This document shows positions 29,823 through 38,169 of a stretch of DNA of 62,081 nt, piece after piece (positions within the stretch are counted from its first letter, which is position 1; each line of letters opens with the position of its first letter). The stretch lies in NCBI GenBank assembly GCA_030591685.1, contig JAUVAX010000012.1, forward strand, positions 1 through 62,081, read 5' to 3'. The position numbers and the translations under genes were made by a program. The notes below the pieces were generated by a model. The model was not told the DNA's origin. It did no database searches and saw only the letters and a program-made list of their open reading frames with translations. This stretch comes from Pseudobdellovibrionaceae bacterium. GTDB lineage: Bacteria > Bdellovibrionota > Bdellovibrionia > Bdellovibrionales > UBA1609.

Positions 29823-31499
29823 ATGAAAAAAACCCTAGTTATTGTTGTCACATTGCTTATCTCTGGCACATCAGGGGCTGTTATTGACATGAAAAACTCA
29901 AATTTTGCAGACTCATGGAGCGATATTAAGGTCCCAGGGTCAGGTTTTGAGCTGCGTATTAAAAGGACCTATAACAGCCGGTCACTTTTTAACGGAGTTT
30001 TCGGATATGGGTGGTGCTCTGATTACGAAACTAAACTAGAAATCACAGCCGAAAGTGGTCTTCTGTTAACAGAGTGCGGTGGCGGGTTGCAGGTGAACTA
30101 TACTCAGTCCATTGAGGGTTCTAAAAATATTGAGTCGACCATATCAAAAATAATTTCAGAAATTAAAAAACGAAACAAAGCCATGAGTGCTGCAGAGCTG
30201 AACAAACTCTCAAAAGATCTCGTTAATGATCAGTATTTAAGAATTGCTTTCGTTAAGAGATTAAGCCTTCAAGGAAAGGTTGAGGCCAATAAAATATATC
30301 GCGCCAACGGGAGAGAGTCAGAACATATTATATTAAAAAATAATTTTTATACTAGAACGCTCGCCAATGGTACCATGCAAAGATTTAACCTTAAAGGGCA
30401 GCTCACACGTGTCTACGACAAAAATAGAAATTTTGTGAAAATTGAGTATAAAAATAGTAAGCTCCATAGAATTATTGATAACTCCGGAAAGCAGTTGAAC
30501 TTTGTATACTCTCGGGGCTCAAAAGCCCTACAACAAATCAAAGGGCCAAACGGCATCAGCGCCACATATCGATTTAACGGTGAAAACCTCGCCTACTCCA
30601 AAAACCAGTGGCATACGGCTTATAAGTACAAATATGATAAGTTGCATAATTTAACTCGCATTATTTTCCCCGACGGTAGTTTTAAAAAGCTGACCTACAA
30701 CACTGACCGAGATTGGGTGACTCAATTTAGAAACCGTAAGGGCTGTGTTGAGACTTATAAATATAAAATTAACAAAAAAGCAAAATATGACCACTACTGG
30801 TCAACTGTTGTTAAAAAATGTGGCAATAAAATTACAAACAAAAGTACTTATGAGTTTAAATACAAAGGGCTAAAGGGCTCTAAAGCTTCATTTTTAGCCA
30901 ACGTAAACTCTAATGTAAATGGCGACAAGACCTCTATTGTTTATCATTCTATATTTGGTAAGCCGACAAGGGTCTCCCGAAATGGGCTTATTACTACTTA
31001 TAAATATTACGACAATGGTTTTGTTAAAAGAAAGCAGCAACCCTATCGGCACTACTACTATGAGTATAATAACACCTGCTCAAAGGTTTCTTCTGTACAA
31101 ACTAAATACTTTGGCCCCTTTAAAAAGAATCAAAAAAAGCGAAAGGCCGTAAAAACCCGGCTTTCAAAATTTTACTACGACAAGGCAAAGTGTAATTTAA
31201 AAAGAGCTAAAAATTCTGCTGGGCAAACCGTTCAGCTTAGCTACGACTCTAGAGGCCGTATATCAAAAATTATCGATCAAACAAAAAAAGTAGTCGCCAT
31301 TAAATACGAAAGCCGCTTTGGAAAACCAGAGCTCGTACAGCGGCCGGGGCTTGGCAGCCTTAAAATCAGTTACAACTCGCGTGGAGAAATCGATAAGTAC
31401 GACAGCAAACAAGGGGCTCAAGTGGCTGTACAGGTAGCTAGTATTTTAAATAATTTATTAGAACTTATTTCTCCAGCCACAACAGACCTGTCGCTGTAA
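29823..31499 (+). CDS. Exported YD/RHS-repeat protein (Bd0109-like)
   Basis: ATG at 29823 after GAGAGG, signal peptide, RTYNSRS..GVFGYGW (DUF6531-like), YD repeats, no C-terminal toxin domain; follows tadB. Confidence 0.85.
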   Translation: MKKTLVIVVTLLISGTSGAVIDMKNSNFADSWSDIKVPGSGFELRIKRTYNSRSLFNGVFGYGWCSDYETKLEITAESGLLLTECGGGLQVNYTQSIEGSKNIESTISKIISEIKKRNKAMSAAELNKLSKDLVNDQYLRIAFVKRLSLQGKVEANKIYRANGRESEHIILKNNFYTRTLANGTMQRFNLKGQLTRVYDKNRNFVKIEYKNSKLHRIIDNSGKQLNFVYSRGSKALQQIKGPNGISATYRFNGENLAYSKNQWHTAYKYKYDKLHNLTRIIFPDGSFKKLTYNTDRDWVTQFRNRKGCVETYKYKINKKAKYDHYWSTVVKKCGNKITNKSTYEFKYKGLKGSKASFLANVNSNVNGDKTSIVYHSIFGKPTRVSRNGLITTYKYYDNGFVKRKQQPYRHYYYEYNNTCSKVSSVQTKYFGPFKKNQKKRKAVKTRLSKFYYDKAKCNLKRAKNSAGQTVQLSYDSRGRISKIIDQTKKVVAIKYESRFGKPELVQRPGLGSLKISYNSRGEIDKYDSKQGAQVAVQVASILNNLLELISPATTDLSL

Positions 31500-31512
31500 G
31501 GAGCATATTATT

Positions 31513-31869
31513 ATGAAATTATCTATAGTCGGACTCTTACTTTTAGTTGGCCCATTCGCTTTTGCTTCGAGCGGACAGGACCTTGCCAAAGAAAAACTCG
31601 AAATGTATAAGCAACGATGTAGCGGCTACAATGAAGGCAACAAAGCTAATAGTTCTTTTGTGCTTTGCCGTGATTACAAATTGTACGAGGGCAAACTTGT
31701 TCCTGAGGACCCCGCGCACAAGTCAGAGGCGGCCATTGAAAATCACCCAGGCAACGAGCACTGCTGCCTTGTTGACGGGACACAAACCAACAACTCTACC
31801 TTTAGTGTCAACCCAAATCAATCCAAGGGCAGCAACACCACGACAGAGAAAGAGCATGGAGTGAAGTAA
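31513..31869 (+). CDS. Small secreted protein, positional equivalent of hit/Bd0108
   Basis: AAGGAG RBS, signal peptide ending AFA, 118 aa, polar disordered tail; directly after the Bd0109-like gene. Confidence 0.65.
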   Translation: MKLSIVGLLLLVGPFAFASSGQDLAKEKLEMYKQRCSGYNEGNKANSSFVLCRDYKLYEGKLVPEDPAHKSEAAIENHPGNEHCCLVDGTQTNNSTFSVNPNQSKGSNTTTEKEHGVK

Positions 31870-32246
31870 GAGCTTGCCACTAAGGCTGCACCCTTCGTTT
31901 TTAAAGCTGCAGCTTAATTTTATGCTTTCACTTCGGCCCTCTAGTGAATTGATCGTTAATCACAAATTTTCAAAGGCTTTAATCGGCGTATTTTTTACAC
32001 CCAGTGACTAGTTTTTTATCATTCAATCCTTTTTTTAGTTTGGTATTTTTTTTATACTACATTTTGTAGCCTTCACAATTTCAAGATTAAATCTGTATTT
32101 AACTAGTAAATTCAACCCGTTAGGCAGGGGCCCCTTTGCTAAAACTGACAAGTTTTTAGTCACTCTTGGGCCTGCTGTGCCTCGCGATTTCGGCACACTA
32201 ATTGCCTTATAGGTTTGTGAAAGATCACTCACACGAAAAGGCTTAA

Positions 32247-33200
32247 ATGATGAACGTATATACAGTTGATATTACAAATAAAAATAAAATAGATAAAAAA
32301 TTTGAGGGTAGCTATAAAAAGCTACAAAAAATCACTCAGTCGCATTATGGGGGAGCATTGTTATATAGAGCCTTTACTACAGAGCCTTCAAAGAGCGAAA
32401 AAACACTTCAAGGGCTTTTAGCTAAAAACAATCCTCTTTCTTTAGGCAATAAAACAATGTTTCCGGTTTTTGTTGATGAGCAAATGACCGGTTTTTGTGA
32501 GGTTGAGACTTACAAAAAAATGAACTCTTTGGGTCAAAAAAGAATTCAAAATTTAATTGATCTATTACTCGTTCATAGTATTAAAAACTCAAGGTCACTC
32601 CAGAAGTTACAGCAAAGTGAAAAATCGCTGGGAGAACCACAAAATACAAGTAGCAATGTTATTTATTTAAAGGACTATGTTCATATAACGGCCCAAAAAA
32701 CGCCCTCATTGCCCGAAAAATACAGATTGGGGTCTTTTAAAAAAGATTTTAATATTAATTTGCCCTGCACTGTCTTTTCGCGTGACCCTGAAGAGTCTTT
32801 TAAAATGGCGCGCGAAATACATGACCAAACAGATCGCTTTGCCTTTTTACGAATAAATGACCTCGACACAAAAGCCCTAGAAAAAGAGGGGCTAAACTCC
32901 CTCGGGCCCGTGAGTATATTTATACCTGAACTGGCGGCCTTAATGAGCGCCGAGGTGCGTTTGATTGAGCGCTTTTTTGCTTCAGAAGCGCGGACTAAAA
33001 ACTCACCACTTATTATTGCAGCCACAAAATATACCCTTAAAAACTTAAACGAACTTCAAATTATTAACACTGACGCGCTTAAGTCTTTATCCCTAATACA
33101 ACTTAATATGAAAAAGAACTTTACCTATTATAAAAGAGCTGGCCTTATGGACTTTATCTTGGACTCAATGACTAAAAAAAATTTAGATCATTTAATCTAA
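32247..33200 (+). CDS. Hypothetical protein, possibly a degenerate AAA+/enhancer-binding-like domain
   Basis: KMAREIHDQTDR..F, SIFIPELAAL and PLIIAAT resemble the bEBP AAA+ layout, but Walker A and GAFTGA are absent. Confidence 0.45.
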   Translation: MMNVYTVDITNKNKIDKKFEGSYKKLQKITQSHYGGALLYRAFTTEPSKSEKTLQGLLAKNNPLSLGNKTMFPVFVDEQMTGFCEVETYKKMNSLGQKRIQNLIDLLLVHSIKNSRSLQKLQQSEKSLGEPQNTSSNVIYLKDYVHITAQKTPSLPEKYRLGSFKKDFNINLPCTVFSRDPEESFKMAREIHDQTDRFAFLRINDLDTKALEKEGLNSLGPVSIFIPELAALMSAEVRLIERFFASEARTKNSPLIIAATKYTLKNLNELQIINTDALKSLSLIQLNMKKNFTYYKRAGLMDFILDSMTKKNLDHLI

Positions 33201-33421
33201 CCTATATTTGGCGTAATCCTGAGCCCTCCCTCTGCCCAAAATCACAACCGATGTTTGACGGGGCACACCCCTGCCCCGCCCCTTTGCCCCCTCGCTTTCA
33301 AGGCCTACAAACTCCCATATCAGTAGCAAAACAGCTTGCCAATTGCTGTAACAAGATAAATAATATTTTTAGTATATGCCCTTAAAAAATATTTAATAAC
33401 TTTTCATAAAGAGATCTAATA

Positions 33422-34468
33422 ATGATAAACACGAACGTTTCACCCAAGGCCCTTAATTCAAATATTATTAACTTTTTAAATAAATCTTTAAATACGACTC
33501 AGCATCAAATCATGCCTTTGGCTGGTGATGCCAGCGACAGACGCTACTTTAGAGTTATCGAAGACAATAAGTCTTATGTTTTAATGGTCTGGAAGCCCTT
33601 TAAGGACGTTAAAGATTATCCTTTTCTGAGTATTTTAAATCACTTTATCGCTAACGGCATTAATGCCCCAAGGGCCATCGACATGTCCCCTGAACATGGC
33701 CTAGTACTCCTTGAAGACTTAGGTGATTTAACTTTAGAGCGAAAATTCTGGGAAAACCAAAACCAAGACCTCTCTTTGCCCTTTTACAAACAGGCTCTAG
33801 ACGAACTATTAAAAATCCACTATACCGCTACAGCAAATTACAATCCTCAAGTCAGCTGCTTTAATATTAGCTTTGATACTAAAAAATTTTTATGGGAGCT
33901 TAATTTCGGAAAGACCCACCTCCTTGAGAAACTTTGCGGCTTGCGCCTATCACCCCTTGAGGAAAGGGCCCTCAACGATGACTTTACCATAATTTGTGAG
34001 GCCTTAGATAAAGAGCCAAAACGAATTTCTCACCGTGACTACCACTCAAGAAATTTAATGTTAAAACTTGGTAAAATGCGTGTTATTGATTTTCAAGACG
34101 CACGGTTAGGGCCGATTCAGTATGACTTAGTGAGCCTGCTTTGTGACTCTTATGTTGAGATCAACGATTCTGCCAGCCAGAAGTTAATTTCTTATTACCT
34201 TGAGCGTTCTCAAGTTGATTTTAATAACTATATAAGCCTCGACGAGTTCATGAGTATATATAACCTTCAGGTTTTACAGCGATGCTTTAAGGCCTGTGGT
34301 AGCTTTGCAAGTTTTTACAACTTGCGAGGTGATAAGAGGTACTTGAGTTACTTAAAGCCTACTTTAGGCCGAATCACTAAGCACCTTAAGGATCAACCCC
34401 AGTTTAAGGGCTTTTATAGTGTTCTTTCTAACCGGGGCCTATTAGAAATGGATTTTGAGTCCTTATGA
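33422..34468 (+). CDS. amgK: AmgK-like anomeric MurNAc/GlcNAc kinase
   Basis: LAGDASDRRYFR, LLEDLGD, HRDYHSRNLM, IDFQDA, YDLVSLL; paired with murU. Confidence 0.88.
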   Translation: MINTNVSPKALNSNIINFLNKSLNTTQHQIMPLAGDASDRRYFRVIEDNKSYVLMVWKPFKDVKDYPFLSILNHFIANGINAPRAIDMSPEHGLVLLEDLGDLTLERKFWENQNQDLSLPFYKQALDELLKIHYTATANYNPQVSCFNISFDTKKFLWELNFGKTHLLEKLCGLRLSPLEERALNDDFTIICEALDKEPKRISHRDYHSRNLMLKLGKMRVIDFQDARLGPIQYDLVSLLCDSYVEINDSASQKLISYYLERSQVDFNNYISLDEFMSIYNLQVLQRCFKACGSFASFYNLRGDKRYLSYLKPTLGRITKHLKDQPQFKGFYSVLSNRGLLEMDFESL

Positions 34469-35466
34469 GTCACGCTCTTTTGCTCAGCGCAGGCCTCGGG
34501 ACACGACTGCGCCCTTATACAGATATTTTACCCAAGCCCGCTATACCTTTTTTTAATATCCCCATGGCGGGCTTTAGTTTTTATTATGCAAAGCTTTCAG
34601 GGGTGAGCCACTTTCACATCAACACCCACCACTTGCCTCAGGCCGTAAAATCAGCCTATCAAAATTTATCGAGCCCCGAGACTACGCTTAGTTTTTTTCA
34701 TGAAAACACGCTTATGGGCAGCGGCGGAGCTCTTTGGGGATTTAAAGAAACTCTAGGGTCACAAAACAGCTTTCTACTCGTAAATTCAGACAGTATTTTT
34801 CTGTCCCCTTCTAAAAATGAGCTCTCTGAACTCGCTAAGTCCCATAAAAACTCAGAGGCCCTGGCGAGTGTTCTACTTATGCCCTTCCCCGACGACAATA
34901 CCGATCGATCGGCTTGCTGGGTAGACGACAACTCGCAAGTAGTTACCTTTGGGACGTCCTGCTCCCACCCTACAGCACGGCCCTTTCATTACTGCGGGGC
35001 CATGGCTCTCTCAAGCCGAGCTTACAATTATTTGCCAGAAGGGGCGTCAAATATTCTTTATGACGTTTTATTGCCCGCAAAGCAAAGGGGTGAAAAAATT
35101 AATGCTCTTATAAGCCCCTCTCTTTTTTGGCACGAAACAGGAAACATCAAAGACTACTTTAAAGCCACCGATTATTTAGTTACTCAACTTGATACAAACT
35201 CACCCCTCGGACAGGAGCTTTTTTTAGTACTAAAGAGTTTTCATAATGACATGGAGATCAAAACCACTCCGTCCAATGCCCTTGTTATCGGCAGCAAGGA
35301 TTTATTAAAAAATTTGGATTCTAATAAATTAAACTTTAAAAACTATTTTATTGCGGGTAATAATGTTTCAGTTTCAGGTTCGGGAATTCTTGACCGCGTT
35401 ATAGTAAACGAAGGGGTTCGCCTTGAGCTTAAAGAAACCCTCGCTCATGAGCTTATTTTAAAATAA
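34465..35466 (+). CDS. murU: MurU-like sugar-1-phosphate nucleotidyltransferase
   Basis: LSAGLGTRLRPYT..LPKP, GSGGAL, LVNSD; 4 nt overlap with amgK. Confidence 0.8.
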   Translation: MSHALLLSAGLGTRLRPYTDILPKPAIPFFNIPMAGFSFYYAKLSGVSHFHINTHHLPQAVKSAYQNLSSPETTLSFFHENTLMGSGGALWGFKETLGSQNSFLLVNSDSIFLSPSKNELSELAKSHKNSEALASVLLMPFPDDNTDRSACWVDDNSQVVTFGTSCSHPTARPFHYCGAMALSSRAYNYLPEGASNILYDVLLPAKQRGEKINALISPSLFWHETGNIKDYFKATDYLVTQLDTNSPLGQELFLVLKSFHNDMEIKTTPSNALVIGSKDLLKNLDSNKLNFKNYFIAGNNVSVSGSGILDRVIVNEGVRLELKETLAHELILK

Positions 35467-35487
35467 AGGGCTTACATTATCGATATG

Positions 35488-35695
35488 GATGCCCCCCTGT
35501 GTAACCATTGATGACGCCCCGCAGGCGATGGGCTGAATCCTAATGAATGGCCGGAAGCGTTGTTCTGCCAACCTAAGAGCCTTATAAAAGACATCACATC
35601 TGGTGTTTTTTATGCCCTTTTGAGAACTCTGAGTCATAAATGTCCTTGGCCGCCGGACCGCGCATTAACTAAATCCCCATGAACTTTAGTTGGAG
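35488..35695 (+). ncRNA. Candidate structured cis-regulatory RNA or sRNA (family not recognised)
   Basis: Five consecutive hairpins in a relatively GC-rich intergenic stretch upstream of a transporter operon; strand inferred from the downstream genes. Confidence 0.45.
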
Positions 35696-35753
35696 AAATT
35701 TTCAGTCAATGGTATTAACTTTGTAAAATTTTTCTGTAAAGAGGAGCCTTCAA

Positions 35754-36158
35754 ATGAAAATGAAACGGTCCAATAAGGCCATAATTGCCTTTTTAATACC
35801 CTCAAGCCTGGCCTTTATATATTTCTATCCACGGTTCCTAATTAGCTGGCTAGGCAAAGATAACCCGTGGACTAGTTTTTTATATCAATACACCTTTGGG
35901 TTTATATTTTTTGGCCTAGGTATTTTGTTAATTTTACGCACAAAGGCTGCTGTGCCCGGGCGAGGCCGAGATAGCCTGTGGTTAAAAATACTCTTTGCTG
36001 GGTTTTTGTTTTTCTTTACTCTACATGCCGCATGGGTGGCCGCCTCTCTGTACTTACCTACTCGGCAGGAGGCTCTGAGAAAAAGCAATACAGCCCTTCT
36101 TTTACCTGCAAATAAAATCCAAAATCAAATCACACTACAAAAAAAGGGGGCTCACTAA
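35754..36158 (+). CDS. Small membrane protein, likely symporter accessory subunit
   Basis: About three TM helices, GAGGAG RBS, stop overlaps the symporter ATG (TAATG). Confidence 0.7.
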   Translation: MKMKRSNKAIIAFLIPSSLAFIYFYPRFLISWLGKDNPWTSFLYQYTFGFIFFGLGILLILRTKAAVPGRGRDSLWLKILFAGFLFFFTLHAAWVAASLYLPTRQEALRKSNTALLLPANKIQNQITLQKKGAH

Positions 36159-38056
36159 TGGGGGAGTTTGGCATTAGTCTTTCTAGTGAGGCAACAACAG
36201 TTATTGCTCTCGTGGCCATTGTATACGTGATTATTATTACTACTTTTGGTGGTTACTTTGCGCGATTTAATAATAACATTAACGACTTTTTCTATTCAGG
36301 CCAACGTTTTGCCTGGTGGTTACCTGCTGCCAGCATGGTCGCAACGGGTATCGGATCGTACAGTTATTTAAAATACTCAGAGCAGGGTTTTAACACAGGC
36401 ATGAGCAGCACAATGACCTATATGAATGATTGGTTTATTGTCCCCTTTTTCATTTTTGGCTGGCTACCCATTATTTATTTTGCTCGCATCAAGTCCATCC
36501 CGGAGTATTTTGAAAAACGATTTAACACAACGGCTCGATATATTTCGTTAGTTATCATTTTAGCGTACATGTTTTTTTACATTGGCTACAACCTCTACAC
36601 AATAAGCCTCGCAATGCAGGGGATGTTTGGCGTACCCATTATGCAGTCAGCCGTTGTGCTCGCCATATTCTTAGGGGCCTATGTGACTTTTGGCGGCCAA
36701 ACAGCCGTCATTTTCACGGATCTCTTTCAGGGGTTTATGCTTTATCTTGCGGGCGGGTTAGCCATTTTTGCTGGTATATATGCCTTAGGAGGGTTTGGTG
36801 AGTGGTGGGGCTGGTTACCTGTTTCCCACAGGCTCCCCTTTGTACATCTCACCGATAACCCTAAGTTTAATACCGCCGGTCTTTTTTGGGGCGAAGCCTT
36901 GGCCGGAAGCATTGCTTTTACTTTTATGAACCAAGGGTTCATCATGAGATACTTAACAATTAAAAGTGTCGACGAGGGCCGAAAGGCTGGGTTTTTTAAC
37001 ATCCTTGTCACCCTGCCTTTATCCGCTGTTATTGTCGGCGCCGTGGGTTGGATCGGCAAAGCTCTTGTTGAAAAACAACAGGCCCTCGGAAAGCTCGATG
37101 GCATTAATTTAATTGATATCCACAACACCTTTCATACCTTTTTAGTCGTATGCTGGGAGACTGTATATCAAAACCCATGGGTGTTTGGATTTATTATCGC
37201 AGCCCTCATGGCGGCCCTTATGTCGACCATTGATACACTCATTAACGCTTGCGCCGCCATTGGTATATATGACCTCTACAAACCTTTATTTAAAAAGCAG
37301 GCCTCTGACCAACATTATTTGAAGGCGGCAAGATGGGCCTCAATAATATCTACGGCTATTGGCTTAATACTCGTGTTTTGGTTTAAGGAGCAAAAGGGCA
37401 GCTTAATGTCTATTCACTATAAGGGAATTATGGTTATTATACCCTCTATAGTAACGACCATATTTTTAGGCGCCTTTTGGCGAGGCTTTACTCCTATTGC
37501 CGCTTGCGTTTCTATGGTCTCGGGGAGTCTGATTACTCTCTCTACCGTTTACTTCCCTTGGATGATTGATGGCATTGCTAGCTTTGTTTCTGGCCCTGAA
37601 AATGGTGAGTACATTTATTTAAGAGCTCTTTTTGGTATGTGCATCACAACTGTGATTGGCGTAGGCACATCATTTGTCACCCCTCTAAAACCAAAAGATG
37701 ACATTGTTGGCTTAACAATAGATACCCTTGATCAATCAATGACTCGCTACAAGGGGGGCAAGCCTAATTTTAAAATTGGCGAAAAAGTCAAAGCCCTGAC
37801 TGTTAAACTTGACGAAACAGTTGGCGACAAACAGGTCCAACTCTCCCCAGCAGTAATGGGTCGACTTGGCGCTAATGATGGCGACTTAATTTACATGGAA
37901 GACTCGCGCTGGTGGCTCGGCGGATTGCGCTCAGAGCACGTAAAGGCCTTTGCAAACACTGAACTGCCTGACAATGAGGCCGCTTTTTCAAAAGAGACCC
38001 ACAGAAGGGCTTACATGCTTAGTGATCGCCTGGTTACATTAGAAAAAATATTTTAA
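36158..38056 (+). CDS. Sodium:solute symporter (SSS) family protein with C-terminal soluble domain
   Basis: DFFYSGQ, SIPEYFEKRF, GGQTAVIFTD, AALMAALMSTIDT SSS motifs. Confidence 0.93.
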   Translation: MGEFGISLSSEATTVIALVAIVYVIIITTFGGYFARFNNNINDFFYSGQRFAWWLPAASMVATGIGSYSYLKYSEQGFNTGMSSTMTYMNDWFIVPFFIFGWLPIIYFARIKSIPEYFEKRFNTTARYISLVIILAYMFFYIGYNLYTISLAMQGMFGVPIMQSAVVLAIFLGAYVTFGGQTAVIFTDLFQGFMLYLAGGLAIFAGIYALGGFGEWWGWLPVSHRLPFVHLTDNPKFNTAGLFWGEALAGSIAFTFMNQGFIMRYLTIKSVDEGRKAGFFNILVTLPLSAVIVGAVGWIGKALVEKQQALGKLDGINLIDIHNTFHTFLVVCWETVYQNPWVFGFIIAALMAALMSTIDTLINACAAIGIYDLYKPLFKKQASDQHYLKAARWASIISTAIGLILVFWFKEQKGSLMSIHYKGIMVIIPSIVTTIFLGAFWRGFTPIAACVSMVSGSLITLSTVYFPWMIDGIASFVSGPENGEYIYLRALFGMCITTVIGVGTSFVTPLKPKDDIVGLTIDTLDQSMTRYKGGKPNFKIGEKVKALTVKLDETVGDKQVQLSPAVMGRLGANDGDLIYMEDSRWWLGGLRSEHVKAFANTELPDNEAAFSKETHRRAYMLSDRLVTLEKIF

Positions 38057-38075
38057 CTCACTCTATACTATCTTT

Positions 38076-38109
38076 TTTAGAGCACTCTTTTTTTAAAAGG
38101 TGCTCTAAA
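38076..38109. terminator. Hairpin/terminator between convergent genes
   Basis: TTTAGAGCAC...GTGCTCTAAA inverted repeat. Confidence 0.65.
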
Positions 38110-38169
38110 GCTTCAGGTGTTTTGTCGGTTTAAGACGCTTTTTGAGCTTCTAAACATGGACGAGGTGAT

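Noticed and set aside
29823..31869. RHS toxin-immunity pair
   Set aside because: No RHS core cleavage motif or toxin tip; both proteins have signal peptides and the context is the hit locus.
31980..32007. GCCGATTA on the minus strand downstream of the hit-like gene
   Set aside because: No -35 element at the expected spacing and no credible gene downstream.
35531..35560. GCTGAATCC...GG..CGG resembles the start of the c-di-AMP (ydaO) riboswitch; TGATGA plus a stem resembles a hammerhead core; CAGGCGAT...GCCGG resembles NiCo
   Set aside because: In each case the remaining conserved elements are missing, so no family is assigned.
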